A DNA stretch of 64,000 bases, from positions 87,457 through 151,456 of the forward strand of contig CAXXVO010000013.1 of the NCBI GenBank assembly GCA_963422645.2, written 5' to 3'. Positions 21,794 through 33,362 of the stretch are shown here, piece after piece. The stretch is from Alphaproteobacteria bacterium. Lineage in GTDB: Bacteria; Pseudomonadota; Alphaproteobacteria; UBA828. Numbering within the stretch: position 1 is the stretch's first letter; each line of letters opens with the position of its first letter. The notes beneath the pieces were generated by a model. It was not told the DNA's origin. It did not search any database and saw nothing but the letters and a program-made list of their open reading frames with translations. Made by a program: the position numbers and the translations under genes.

Positions 21794-23881
21794 TCACAGG
21801 TCGAGCGCGGTCACCCTGTCGGCGTGAGTCTGGATGAAGGCGAGGCGGGATTCGGGGCGGCGGCCCATCAGCTCCTCGACCCGGCGTGCGGTGGCCGTGC
21901 CGGCGTCCTCGGCGACCTCGACACGCAGCAGCGTGCGCCGCGCGGGGTCCATGGTGGTCTCCTTGAGCTGCGCCGGCGGCATTTCGCCGAGCCCCTTGAA
22001 GCGGCTGATCTCGACCTTGCCGGCGCCGGAAAGGTCGCTGGCGAGCAGCCGGTCGCGGTCGGCATCGTCGCGCGCATAGCGGGTGGTGCCGCCCCGGGCG
22101 AGCCGATAGAGCGGCGGCTGCGCCAGAAAGAGATGCCCGGAGTCGATGAGCCCCGGCATCTGGCGGTAGAAGAACGTCATCAGGAGTGCGGCGATGTGGG
22201 CGCCGTCCACGTCCGCATCGGTCATGATGACGACGCGCTCGTAGCGCAGCGCGCCCGCGTCGAAGCGCGCGCCGGTGCCGCAGCCCAAGGCCTGGACCAG
22301 ATCGTCGAGCTCCTTGTTGCCGCGCAGCTTGTCGGCGCTGGCGCTCGCGACATTGAGGATCTTGCCGCGCAGCGGCAGCACCGCCTGGGTTTCGCGGTTG
22401 CGCGCCTGCTTGGCGGAACCGCCCGCCGAATCGCCCTCGACCAGGAAGACCTCGGTGCCGGCCGCCGCCTCGCGCGCGCAATCGGCGAGCTTGCCGGGCA
22501 GCCGGGTCTTGCGGGCCGCACGCTTGCGCGCAACTTCGCGGTCCTTCCTGCGTCGGAGCCGCTCTTCGGCCCGTTCGACGACACGGTCGAGCAGCAGATT
22601 GGCGGCGGTGGGATCGGCCGAGAGCCAGTGGTCGAAGTGATCGCCGAGGGCGTTCTCCACCAGGCGGCCGGCCTCGGGCGAGGAGAGCCGCTCCTTGGTC
22701 TGCCCCTGGAACTGCGGGTCGCGCAGGAATACCGAGAGCAGCGCGCAGGCGCCGCCGGTCACGTCGTCGGCGGTGAGCTGGGCTGCGCGCTTGTTGCCCA
22801 CGAGTGCGCCGTAGCCCTTCAGCCCGCGCACGAGGGCGGCACGCATCCCCGACTCGTGGCTGCCGCCCTGGCTGGTGGGCACCGTGTTGCAGTGGGAGGC
22901 GACGAAGCCGTCCTCGTCCTCCGGCCAGGCCAGCGCCCACTCGATGCGCCCGGAATCGCCGTTGAGCGCGCCCTGGCCCGCGAAGGGCGCGGGCGTCAGG
23001 GTGTGGCGCTTGCCGAGTGTGGCGTTCAGATAGTCGACCAGACCGCCCGGATAGTGCAGGACCGCCGTCTCCGGGACCGCGCCGGCATCTACGAGCAGCG
23101 CCGCATCGCACGACCAGCGAATCTCGACGCCGCGGTATAGATAGGCGCGCGTCCGCGCCATTTCGTAAAGCGCACGCGGCTCGAAGCGGACGCCGTCGCC
23201 GAAGATCTCGGGGTCGGGGTGGAAGCGCACGAGCGTGCCACGCCGGTTGGTGACGGGGCCCGCGTCCTCCAGCGGGCCGGCCGGCAGGCCCCGCGCGTAA
23301 AACTGCCGCCACAGCCGCTTGTCGCGCACCACCTCGACCGTGAGCGATTCGGAGAGCGCGTTGACCACCGAGAGGCCGACCCCGTGCAGGCCGCCCGAGG
23401 TCGCGTACACCTTGCCGCCGAACTTGCCGCCGGAGTGCAGCGTGGTGAGGATTACCTCCAGCGCCGAGACGTTCTTGTACTTGGGGTGCGGGTCGACGGG
23501 GATTCCCCGGCCGTTGTCCTTGACCGAGGCTGATCCGTCGCCGTGGAGCGCGATCTCGATCCGGCTCGCATGGCCGGCGATCGCCTCGTCCATCGCGTTG
23601 TCGATGAGCTCGGCGAGCAGATGGTGCAGCGCCCGCTGATCGGTGCCGCCGACGTACATGCCGGGCCGGCGGCGCACCGGCTCCAGCCCCTCCAGAATCT
23701 CGATATCGTGCGCGGTGTAGTCGCCGTTGGCGGGCGGCGCGGGCTGGGGCGCGGGCGCGCTTGCCTTGGGCTGCCGGCCGGTCGCACGCGGCGCCTTCGG
23801 CGCGGCCTTGCGCGGAGGCTTGCGCTTCTTGGCGGGGGCACTCTTGTCGAGCCCTGCGAAGAGATCGAGGTTATCGGCCAT
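21794..23881 (-). CDS. parE: DNA topoisomerase IV subunit B
   Basis: EGLEPVRRRPGMYVG, GLHGVGLSVVNALS, EGDSAGGSAKQAR, PLRGKILNV, MTDADVDGAHI, RFKGLGEM; lacks the GyrB insertion. Confidence 0.93.
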   Translation of the reverse strand: MADNLDLFAGLDKSAPAKKRKPPRKAAPKAPRATGRQPKASAPAPQPAPPANGDYTAHDIEILEGLEPVRRRPGMYVGGTDQRALHHLLAELIDNAMDEAIAGHASRIEIALHGDGSASVKDNGRGIPVDPHPKYKNVSALEVILTTLHSGGKFGGKVYATSGGLHGVGLSVVNALSESLTVEVVRDKRLWRQFYARGLPAGPLEDAGPVTNRRGTLVRFHPDPEIFGDGVRFEPRALYEMARTRAYLYRGVEIRWSCDAALLVDAGAVPETAVLHYPGGLVDYLNATLGKRHTLTPAPFAGQGALNGDSGRIEWALAWPEDEDGFVASHCNTVPTSQGGSHESGMRAALVRGLKGYGALVGNKRAAQLTADDVTGGACALLSVFLRDPQFQGQTKERLSSPEAGRLVENALGDHFDHWLSADPTAANLLLDRVVERAEERLRRRKDREVARKRAARKTRLPGKLADCAREAAAGTEVFLVEGDSAGGSAKQARNRETQAVLPLRGKILNVASASADKLRGNKELDDLVQALGCGTGARFDAGALRYERVVIMTDADVDGAHIAALLMTFFYRQMPGLIDSGHLFLAQPPLYRLARGGTTRYARDDADRDRLLASDLSGAGKVEISRFKGLGEMPPAQLKETTMDPARRTLLRVEVAEDAGTATARRVEELMGRRPESRLAFIQTHADRVTALDL

Positions 23882-24035
23882 GGAATGGTGCAGCGATCGG
23901 ATGGTGGCGCCGGCACATACTATAGAGAGCGGCGGAGCGCCTGCCAACGATCGCACGACATGTTGTGGGCAATCGGCGCCATTCTACCACAAATGGTTGC
24001 TTGCGGGGCCGGCGACCGGGCCCAATTGTCAAGGG

Positions 24036-24465
24036 ATGCGTCTCTGGAGCCTCCATCCCAAGTATCTCGATCAGAAGGGACTGGTTGCGCTCTGGCGGGA
24101 GGGGCTGCTCGCCTAGGCTGTGCTCAAGGGCAAGACGGCGGGATACCGGAACCATCCCCAGCTGCAGCGCTTCAGCGCGCAGCCATCGCCGGTTTGCGCC
24201 ATCGCCGCCTACCTGCGGTGCCGTGCACGAGGAGGCGGCGCACCGGGGCTATCGCTTCGACGCCGACAAAATAGCGAGTGGCGGGACGGCGCCCCTGATC
24301 GACGTGCCGCAAGGTCAGATCGATTTCGAGTGGCGCCACCTGATCGTGAAGCTGGAGGCACGCGCGCCCGCGTAGCGCAAGGCGCTGGGCACACCCCACC
24401 CGCCGGCGCCGCATTCGCTGTTTCGGACGATCCCCGGCGGCATCGCGGAGTGGGAAGGGCCGTAG
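24036..24465 (+). pseudogene. Pyrimidine-dimer DNA glycosylase/endonuclease V family, disrupted
   Basis: MRLWSLHPKYLD..GLVALWREGLLA*AVL.G.T.GY.NHPQL; in-frame TAG at 24114-24116, frameshift near 24217, second TAG at 24373-24375. Confidence 0.85.
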
Positions 24466-25392
24466 TTATTGCCGCCAGCGGTCGATCCAGGGGCCTTCGA
24501 TGCTGATGTCGAAGGAGCTCTCGTCGAGGTTGCGGAAGCCCTCGAAGGCCTTGGCGCGCCGGGCGAAGAAGTCGTCCCAGTCCGGCCGAAACGCCGGATC
24601 GTCCCCGCGGCGCATCACGAATGGGTCGAGAAAGCCATCCCAGCCCGAGGGCTGGTCGGGGCGCTGCCAGCGCAGATCGACGCTCCAACGCACCTTGTCC
24701 GAGAAGTTCTCAAGCGAGCGGTGCGGAACCATCTGGTTGATGAAGAGCACGCTGCCCAGAGCCATCTCGCAGGTCACGGTCTCGTAGTCGGCAAGGCCCG
24801 GCTCGGGGATGTAGAGGTACCAGGACTTCGGGTTGGCGACGTCGCGCTCGATCTTGTGGTCGTACACGCCCGCCTTGTGGGCGCCTCGCTTCACCTGCAT
24901 GCAGCCCGTCTCCGCCGTCACGTCGAGGAAGGGGATCCAGGCGGCAGGCTGGTGCGTCCCCTCCGCTCCGGCCAGCAGGTAGGCGGTATCTTGATGCCAG
25001 GGCACGGTCATCAGCTCCGTCTGCGGCGTCTTCGAGCGCACGTTGCAGACCGGATGGCCGGCGATGTCCGGGCCGATCAGCTGCTCGACGATGGCGAGCA
25101 GCTTGGGCGAGCCCCAGAGCGAGGCGATCCCGCGCCCCAGGAGACCGCTCATGTGGAACATCACCGCGGCCGTGCTGTAGGCGCGTTCGATGGCGGCGAG
25201 CCGCTCGAAGAAGCCCAGTTCGGCGTAGGTCTCGGGGATGCGGTCCGCGTCGTGGAGCGCATCCGCCAGCACGCCGACGTGCGCCCCAATATCCTCGATC
25301 GCCGGCCGCAAATCGTCCGGCGTCAGCAGTCCCTCCGCGATGACGAACCCGTGGTCCTCGTAGTGGCGAAGCTGGTCGTCTGTCAGTGCCAT
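24466..25392 (-). CDS. Phytanoyl-CoA dioxygenase (PhyH) family Fe(II)/2-OG oxygenase
   Basis: YEDHGFVI, PWHQD (HxD), WIPF, HRSLEN....RWS.D.R. Confidence 0.88.
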   Translation of the reverse strand: MALTDDQLRHYEDHGFVIAEGLLTPDDLRPAIEDIGAHVGVLADALHDADRIPETYAELGFFERLAAIERAYSTAAVMFHMSGLLGRGIASLWGSPKLLAIVEQLIGPDIAGHPVCNVRSKTPQTELMTVPWHQDTAYLLAGAEGTHQPAAWIPFLDVTAETGCMQVKRGAHKAGVYDHKIERDVANPKSWYLYIPEPGLADYETVTCEMALGSVLFINQMVPHRSLENFSDKVRWSVDLRWQRPDQPSGWDGFLDPFVMRRGDDPAFRPDWDDFFARRAKAFEGFRNLDESSFDISIEGPWIDRWRQ

Positions 25393-25575
25393 GGCGGCTC
25401 CCCGCGTATCCCTCGTACCCCTTGCATACTCCCGCGCGCCGCACGGGTCGAGCACGTCCTGAGCCTGCCTCGCTTAGAGGCCGATGACGGGCCGATCGTC
25501 GCGGGCGCTTGCGCGACAGCGGATGGCGAACCACGATGCGGCCATGTCCGCCCACCCCCCTTTCCGGCGCTGATC

Positions 25576-26691
<1,116 letters not shown>

Positions 26692-26709
26692 AGACAAGGA
26701 GGGAGATTC

Positions 26710-27951
26710 ATGAGCCTGAGGTCGAAAATTTTGGGGGTGGCGGCTGCCCTGTCGCTCACCGTGGGCGGTGCCACCGGCGCGCTCGCCGCCGACGTGCAGC
26801 TCTTCCACGACAAGGGCTTCTGGTCGGAGGCGTTCCAGAAGATGGGCGATGCGTCCGAGCGAGACACGGGGAACCGGATCGTCGAGGTCGCCTATGCCAA
26901 CCCCGAGCAGTACAAGGCATTCATCCAGTCGGCGATTGCCAGCGGCGAGACGCCGGACATGTTCACCTGGTGGACGGGCGGCGTTTACAAGGACCTGGTG
27001 GCATCGGGTGCGATCGCCGAGCTCGACGGCATCTGGGAAGAGATTCTCGCGACCGGCGATTTCGTCGAGAGCACGCGCGACTTCTACAAGGTCGGCGACC
27101 ACATCTACGGCGTGCCCCTGCATCTCTCCCGCTGGGTCGCGTTCTACAACAAGGCCCAGTTTGCCGAGGTCGGGATCGAAGTGCCCAAGACCTGGGACGA
27201 GCTGATGGCGGCGGCGGACGCGCTGCTGGCGGCGGGCCACGCGCCCTTCCATGCGACCGTGCAGGACGGCTGGCGCGGCTTCATCTGGTTCCAGGAGATC
27301 ATGATCCGCACCGACCCCGCCGCGTACAACGGCCTGCACGACGGCTCGGTGCCCTATGACAGCGACGCCGTGCGCAACGCATTCCAGATCTGGGCGGACT
27401 GGTATGCGAAGGGATACTTCTCCGATCCGCGCTCGACCGAGGAGGCCGCCGACTTCGCCCGCGGCAAGGGCTCCATCTACCTGATCGGCGACTGGGCCGT
27501 CGGGCTGATCGAGGCGGCGGGCATTATGGCCGGCGACGACTTCGGCGTCTTCATCATGCCCAACATGGACGGGGCGCTGCCGCCTTCCGTCATCGTCGAA
27601 GGCGGCCCGATCATGATGTCCAAGGAGGCCCTGGAGAAGCCCGACGTGGTCGGGGCGCTCAAGTACTTCGTGTCGGTCGCAGGCGCCAATGCCTGGGCCG
27701 GGGCTTCGGGCAACTACATGGGCAACAACAACGCCGAGCCCCCCAACGTTCTGGTCGCGAACATCAACGACACCGTGGCGGCAGAAGGCACGCTCGCCCT
27801 CGAGCGCTGGTGGGAGGCCGTGCCGGCGGACGTCCAGGGCGAAGCGGTCGCCGAGTTCAACCGCTTCATGCTCAACCCCACCATGGAGACGGCCGAAGAG
27901 GTGATGGCCAACATCCAGGAGGTTAACGCGGAGTACTGGGACAGCCAGTAA
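26710..27951 (+). CDS. ABC transporter substrate-binding protein (family 1)
   Basis: Signal peptide, PDMF, FYNK..F...G..VPKTWDEL. Confidence 0.9.
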   Translation: MSLRSKILGVAAALSLTVGGATGALAADVQLFHDKGFWSEAFQKMGDASERDTGNRIVEVAYANPEQYKAFIQSAIASGETPDMFTWWTGGVYKDLVASGAIAELDGIWEEILATGDFVESTRDFYKVGDHIYGVPLHLSRWVAFYNKAQFAEVGIEVPKTWDELMAAADALLAAGHAPFHATVQDGWRGFIWFQEIMIRTDPAAYNGLHDGSVPYDSDAVRNAFQIWADWYAKGYFSDPRSTEEAADFARGKGSIYLIGDWAVGLIEAAGIMAGDDFGVFIMPNMDGALPPSVIVEGGPIMMSKEALEKPDVVGALKYFVSVAGANAWAGASGNYMGNNNAEPPNVLVANINDTVAAEGTLALERWWEAVPADVQGEAVAEFNRFMLNPTMETAEEVMANIQEVNAEYWDSQ

Positions 27952-28022
27952 TCCGACGACACGCAAGCCAGGGACGGGCGGCCGGTCTCGTTGGTCGCCC
28001 GTCGGCTCTCTAGGGCACCCAT

Positions 28023-29009
28023 ATGCCGGCCGGTCGCGCGTTGAGGCGCGCGGGCACGCAGAGCCAGTTCGAGCGCGATCAGGCGTTGCTTGAGCGCATC
28101 GGCTGGTCGCGTATCGAGGCGAACGAGAAGCGGCGACTGCGGCGCAACTTCTGGGTCGCCTTCGGCTTCATGGCGCCGGCAGTCGCGCTGGTGTCAGGCC
28201 TGCTGCTCGCGCCGGTCGTCTACAACATCTACCTGAGCTTCACGAAGTGGAAGAGGTTCAAGGGGCTGGATCAGTTCGCCGGCGCCGCCAACTACGAGAG
28301 GCTCTCGACTCATCGGCTCTTCGGCGACGCCCTCTACAACACCTCGCTCTGGGTCGTCGCGTCGATCATCTTCCCGCTCGCGATCGGCTTCGGGCTTGCC
28401 ATCTTCCTGCGCGGTGTGGTGCTGGAGAACACCTTCAAGAGCGTCATCTTCCTGCCCCGCATCCTGGCGCCCACTGCGGTCGGGGTGATCTGGTTCTACG
28501 TCTACGCGCCTGACGGCGTCATCAACCGCCTGCTCTCTCTCGTCGCCGGCGACAAGGTGGACATCGGCTTCCTTTACGAGGAGAACACGGTGACGCCCGC
28601 CATCATCGCCACCTTCGTGTGGCAGACGGTGGGGCTCGTCATGGTGCTGATCCTGCTCGGCCTCGCCGCCATTCCGAAGGAGCCGCTGGAGGCCGCCCGC
28701 ATCGACGGCGCCACGCGCTGGCAGGTCTTCCGCAGCATCGTCATGCCGCTGCTTCTGCCGACCATCCTGGTGGTCACCATCCTCAGCGTGCTGTCGGGCT
28801 TCACCGTGTTCGACCTGCTCTGGATCATGGGTGCGGCCAACCCCGAGCTCAGGACCCTCTCGCTCGCCGTCTTCATGTATTTCGAGGCCTTCCAGAAGGG
28901 GTCCTGGGCCTATGGCTCAGCCATCGCCGTGATCATCGGCGTGGTCGTGCTCAGCGTCACCTGGATTCAGGCGCTGCTGCAGCATCGCGTCGAGAAGATG
29001 ACGAAGTAG
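28023..29009 (+). CDS. Carbohydrate ABC transporter permease
   Basis: Multiple TM segments, EAARIDGA motif. Confidence 0.93.
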   Translation: MPAGRALRRAGTQSQFERDQALLERIGWSRIEANEKRRLRRNFWVAFGFMAPAVALVSGLLLAPVVYNIYLSFTKWKRFKGLDQFAGAANYERLSTHRLFGDALYNTSLWVVASIIFPLAIGFGLAIFLRGVVLENTFKSVIFLPRILAPTAVGVIWFYVYAPDGVINRLLSLVAGDKVDIGFLYEENTVTPAIIATFVWQTVGLVMVLILLGLAAIPKEPLEAARIDGATRWQVFRSIVMPLLLPTILVVTILSVLSGFTVFDLLWIMGAANPELRTLSLAVFMYFEAFQKGSWAYGSAIAVIIGVVVLSVTWIQALLQHRVEKMTK

Positions 29010-29020
29010 GACCGGGAGCG

Positions 29021-29902
29021 ATGGCAGTCTCGATCGACGACCTCGACCTCGACCAGCTCGCGGCGAAGGAGCGAAAGCTCGGCGCGGGCTCGTCGCTGAA
29101 GTTCGTCTTCGCGGTCTTCATCGGCGCCATCTGGATCGTGCCCTTCTATTACCTCATCGTCTCGATCTTCAAGACGACCGAGCAGTACTCCCTCAATCAC
29201 CCGCTCTCGCTGCCGACCGGCGTCGCGCCCTTCCTCACCAACGCCATCGACGCGTGGGTGACGGCGAAGATGGGCGCCGGCCTGCTGAACTCGACGCTCT
29301 ACGGCCTCGTGGGCGCGGGGCTTGCCGTCTTCTTCGCGGCGATGGCGTCCTACGGCCTCTCGCGCATCGATTTCAAGCGCAAGAATTTCTGGTTTATGCT
29401 GATCTTCGCGGGCACGGTGTTCCCCTTCCAGATGTACCTGATCCCGCTCTTCTTCGGCTATCAGAAGGCCGGCATCATCAACACCCAGTTCGGGATGTTG
29501 CTGGTCTACACGGCGATCTGCATTCCCTTCCCGACCCTCGTGCTGAAGAACTACATGAACGGCCTGTCGCGCGAGATGGACGAGGCCGCGCGCATGGACG
29601 GCGCCAGGGAGTTCACCGTCTTCTGGCGCATCGTGCTGCCGAACTGCAAGGGGCCGATCACCGCGACCTTCCTCCTGCAGTTCACGTGGATCTGGAACGA
29701 TCTCCTATTCTCGACCGTGCTTGCGAACCGGACCGAGACCCGCTCGATCATGAACGCGCTCCAGGTCTTTCAGGGCAGCTATTCGTCGACCGGGCCGAAC
29801 GTGGTGCTAACGGCCACGATCATCGCGAGCGTTCCTTCGGTCCTGCTCTTCTTCCTGCTGCGACGGCACTTCATGGAGGGCATGCGAATCTCCTCGCTCT
29901 GA
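29021..29902 (+). CDS. Carbohydrate ABC transporter permease
   Basis: Multiple TM segments, EAARMDGA motif, WNDL. Confidence 0.93.
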   Translation: MAVSIDDLDLDQLAAKERKLGAGSSLKFVFAVFIGAIWIVPFYYLIVSIFKTTEQYSLNHPLSLPTGVAPFLTNAIDAWVTAKMGAGLLNSTLYGLVGAGLAVFFAAMASYGLSRIDFKRKNFWFMLIFAGTVFPFQMYLIPLFFGYQKAGIINTQFGMLLVYTAICIPFPTLVLKNYMNGLSREMDEAARMDGAREFTVFWRIVLPNCKGPITATFLLQFTWIWNDLLFSTVLANRTETRSIMNALQVFQGSYSSTGPNVVLTATIIASVPSVLLFFLLRRHFMEGMRISSL

Positions 29903-31252
29903 GCCGTCCGCAGGCTGGTGTCCTGCGGGGCGCGCAGGATCTGCGGCGAAGCCCGCGCTCGGCTTCGCGTCCGGCAGCCGCAGATAGGCGAGGCACGCCA
30001 CGGCCACCAGGGCAGCGAGGAAGGCAAAGAACGCCTGGTAGGCGATGGCCGGTGCCGCGCCCTTCGTCGCGGGAAAAGCGCCGACGATGACCCCGCCTAC
30101 GACCTGCAGCACCGCCGGCCCGCCCATGAAGGCGATTGCCATCAACGCCATGCCGCGCCCGGCGAGGCGGTTCGGCAGCAGCGAGCGTGCATGGCCCGCG
30201 AGGATGATGTTGTACGACCCGCAGGCGCCAACGAGGGCGAGGAGGAGGATCGCCGCCCAGGTGGGCAGGGCCGGCAGCGCGGCGAGCGTGCCTAAGGCCG
30301 CGACGACGACGGCGGCAAGGACAAGGATGAGCCACTTGCGCATGTCCAGCCGGCGCTCCAGGGGGCCGAGCACAAGGTTCGCCACGATCAGCGCGGCCGC
30401 CATCACGAGGAGCGCGTTGCCGGCCTCTACCGGCTCGAGCCCGTGCCGGTCCGCGAGAAAGGGCCCGCCCCAGAGGCCGAGGACGGTGATGACCACCGGA
30501 TAGGACGCAAACCCCATCAGGGTGAGGGTCGGGAAGCCAGGCGTGGCGAGCGCCGCGCGGACACCGCGCAGGCTGTCGCGAATCCCCTCCGTCGGCGCCG
30601 CGCCGCCCGCATCGGCCGAAGGGCGGTCGCGGGCCAGCGCATAGATGGCGATGGCGCCTGCCGCGGTCAGCGCCGCCGCGCCCCAGAAGGCCGTACGCCA
30701 GCCGAGGGTTTCCGCAATGGAGGCGAGCGGCGTGGTTGAGAGCAGCCCGCCGACGCCGCCGATGGCGATCATCCGCCCCATCCACGTGCTGAAGGAGGCG
30801 GCGGGCGCCCATTGGCCGAAGAGGAAGAGCGAGCCCATCAGGACCACCGAGCAGCCGATGCCGAGCAGCAGGCGGCCCGCGATCAGCATCGCCTCGCCGT
30901 CGGCGAGCCCGTAGAGGATCGAGCCCGCGATCGCGGCGGTGAGCACCACGGGCGCCGTGCGTCTCGCGCCGAAGCGGTCGAAGAGCATGCCCACCGGGAT
31001 CTGCGCCACGCCGAAGGAGAGGAAGAACATGCCGGTGAGCAGCCCGAGCGCCTCGGGCGAAAGGCCGAACTCGGCGCTCAGCGTCTTGGCGATCACGGCG
31101 TTGGAGGCGCGGAAGAACTGGCTCAGCACGAACACCGCGCCGAAGCAGACGACGACCGCGACGAGCGGATGCAGCAGGCTGGGGCGTGCTACGTCGCCTC
31201 CCTGCGGGGTATCAGCCGGTGAGCGCACCGATCCCCCAGCCGGCCAGCGCAC
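29807..31252 (-). CDS. MFS transporter (start uncertain; 3' end overlaps the convergent permease)
   Basis: GMLFDRFGARR motif A, about 12 hydrophobic segments. Confidence 0.85.
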   Translation of the reverse strand: MRWPAGGSVRSPADTPQGGDVARPSLLHPLVAVVVCFGAVFVLSQFFRASNAVIAKTLSAEFGLSPEALGLLTGMFFLSFGVAQIPVGMLFDRFGARRTAPVVLTAAIAGSILYGLADGEAMLIAGRLLLGIGCSVVLMGSLFLFGQWAPAASFSTWMGRMIAIGGVGGLLSTTPLASIAETLGWRTAFWGAAALTAAGAIAIYALARDRPSADAGGAAPTEGIRDSLRGVRAALATPGFPTLTLMGFASYPVVITVLGLWGGPFLADRHGLEPVEAGNALLVMAAALIVANLVLGPLERRLDMRKWLILVLAAVVVAALGTLAALPALPTWAAILLLALVGACGSYNIILAGHARSLLPNRLAGRGMALMAIAFMGGPAVLQVVGGVIVGAFPATKGAAPAIAYQAFFAFLAALVAVACLAYLRLPDAKPSAGFAADPARPAGHQPADGSERGDSHALHEVPSQQEEEQDRRNARDDRGR

Positions 31253-32431
31253 CCAGGATCACCACGGCCCAGGGCGGCACCTTCCAAAATGCGAGCAGCA
31301 CGAAGGCCCCGAGCCCGAGAGCGAGGTCGGCCGGCGTGCGCACGCCGCCGGTCCAGATCGGGTCGTAGAATGCCGCGCCGAGCAGGCCCACCACCGCCGC
31401 GTTGACGCCGAGCATGGCGCGCTCCGCCAGCGCGATGCGCCGCAGCCGCTCCCAGAAGGGGAGGGCGCCCACCACCAGGAGGAACGAGGGCAGGAAGACC
31501 GCGGCAAGGCAGAGCAGCCCGCCCAGCGCGCCGCCCGGCCCGATGCCCGCGACGGCGCCGAGATAGGCGGCGAAGGTGAAGAGCGGCCCCGGCACCGCCT
31601 GGGCTGCGCCGTAGCCAGCGATAAAGGTCTCGTTCGCGACCCAGCCGGGCGGCACCACCTCCGCCTGCAGCAGCGGCAGCAGCACATGGCCGCCGCCGAA
31701 GACCAGCGAGGCGGAGCGGTAGAAGCCGTCCACCAATTGCAGGGTCTCCGCCGGCCAGGCGGCGGCAAGAATCGGGAGCCCGACGAGAAGCGCGAGGAAG
31801 AGGGTGAGCAGGAGGACGGCAAGTCGCCGATCCACGGCGATGCCGAGCGAGGCGCCGTGGTCGCCTTTGGCCGGGCGCAGGATCAGCAGACCGGCGAGCG
31901 CACCTGCGGCGATGATCGCGACATGCGTGACGACCGAGGGCGCCAGCACCGCCGCGATGGCGGCGAGCACCGCCACCGTGGCGCGCGGCGCGTCGGGGCA
32001 GAGGCTGCGCGCCATGCCCCAGACGGCCTGCGCCACTACCGCGGCGGCGACCACCTTCAGCCCTTGCAGGGCACCGGCGGGGATCACGTCCTCGTAGGCC
32101 GCGACGCCGTAGCCGAAGGCCACCATGAGGACCGCCGAGGGCAGCGTGAAGCCGACCCACGCCGCCGCAGCGCCGGGCAGGCCTGCCTTCGCGAGTCCGA
32201 TGCCGATCCCGACCTGGCTCGAGGTCGGCCCCGGCAGCATCTGGCAGAGCGCGACGAGGTCCGCATAGGCGCGGTCTTCGATCCAGCGGCGCCGCGTGAC
32301 GAAGGCCTCGCGAAAGTAGCCGATATGGGCCACCGGCCCGCCGAACGAGGTCAGCCCCAACATGAGGAAGGCCGCGAAGACGCGCGCCCCGCGCCGCTTC
32401 CGCCGCCTGCGTCGCTCCTGCCCTCGCTCAT
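31212..32431 (-). CDS. chrA: Chromate efflux transporter, ChrA type; apparent frameshift near 32390, or start at ATG 32363
   Basis: LGLTSFGGPVAH, CQMLPGPTSSQ, VFGGGHV, AQAVPGP. Confidence 0.88.
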
Positions 32432-32567
32432 GGGGACCGGGAATACGCCATTTCGCTGGCACTGACACGTGAAGCCGCCCTCGCGAACCGGGAGCGCCCT
32501 CAAACTTTGCCGGGCCGGGTGATACGCTCCGCGCACGGACGGCACCGAGGCGGCGCAAGGGCAGACC

Positions 32568-33239
32568 ATGACGGACGAAGAGACTCACGCATCGCCCTTC
32601 GAAGCGGCGCACTGGGACCTCGTGCCGGGGCGGACGACGCTCGTCGTGATCGACGCGCAGAACGATTTTCTTCACGCGGACGGCTGGTACGCGGCGCAGG
32701 GCATCGACATCGGCCACATGCAACGCTGCATCGAGCCGCTGAAGGCGCTGCTCGCCGCCGCGCGCACGAAGGGCATCCCCGTCGTCTGGACCCGCCACGG
32801 CATCAGGGGCGCCGAAGACGGCGGGCCCTTCATACAGCTCCGCCCCTTCCTCAAGGACGGCGGCCTCAGACGCGAGACCTGGGGCTGGGAGATCCTGGCC
32901 GATCTGGAGCCGCAGCCGGAGGACTGGTACGTCGCCAAGACGCGGCTCAGCGCCTTCTACGGCACCGACCTGGAGGTGGTGCTGCGGGGCCTGCGCGCGG
33001 AGACGGTGCTGATGACGGGCGTGCTCACCAATCAATGCGTTGCGGCGACATCCAAGGACGCGATGTTCCGCGACTTCAAGCCCATCGTGATCGAGGAGTG
33101 CACGGGGACCACCATGCCGCACCTGCATGAGCCCGCAATCGAGATGATGCGGGTCGGCTGGGCCGAAGTGCGCGACCTGGAGTCGGCATTGAGCGAGATC
33201 AGGCAGCTCGCGCCGGTGCACGGGGCGGGGCGCTCGTGA
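32568..33239 (+). CDS. Isochorismatase-family cysteine hydrolase (RutB-like)
   Basis: VIDAQNDF, KTRLSAFYGT, GVLTNQCV catalytic D-K-C. Confidence 0.88.
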   Translation: MTDEETHASPFEAAHWDLVPGRTTLVVIDAQNDFLHADGWYAAQGIDIGHMQRCIEPLKALLAAARTKGIPVVWTRHGIRGAEDGGPFIQLRPFLKDGGLRRETWGWEILADLEPQPEDWYVAKTRLSAFYGTDLEVVLRGLRAETVLMTGVLTNQCVAATSKDAMFRDFKPIVIEECTGTTMPHLHEPAIEMMRVGWAEVRDLESALSEIRQLAPVHGAGRS

Positions 33240-33362
33240 TGGCTGCCGGCCTGCTGCGCCCGGACTCCGTAGTCGCGCGCCAGGCCCGGCTACTTTGTCC
33301 GCGCGTCACTGACAGGCGACACTGAGCGCGATCGAGTTTCGCAAGGCGAGGGGGAGAGAAGG

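Noticed and set aside
23700-23881. Lys/Ala/Pro-rich N-terminal extension of ParE
   Set aside because: Low-complexity N-terminal tails starting with a DLF-like motif are common on alphaproteobacterial ParE.
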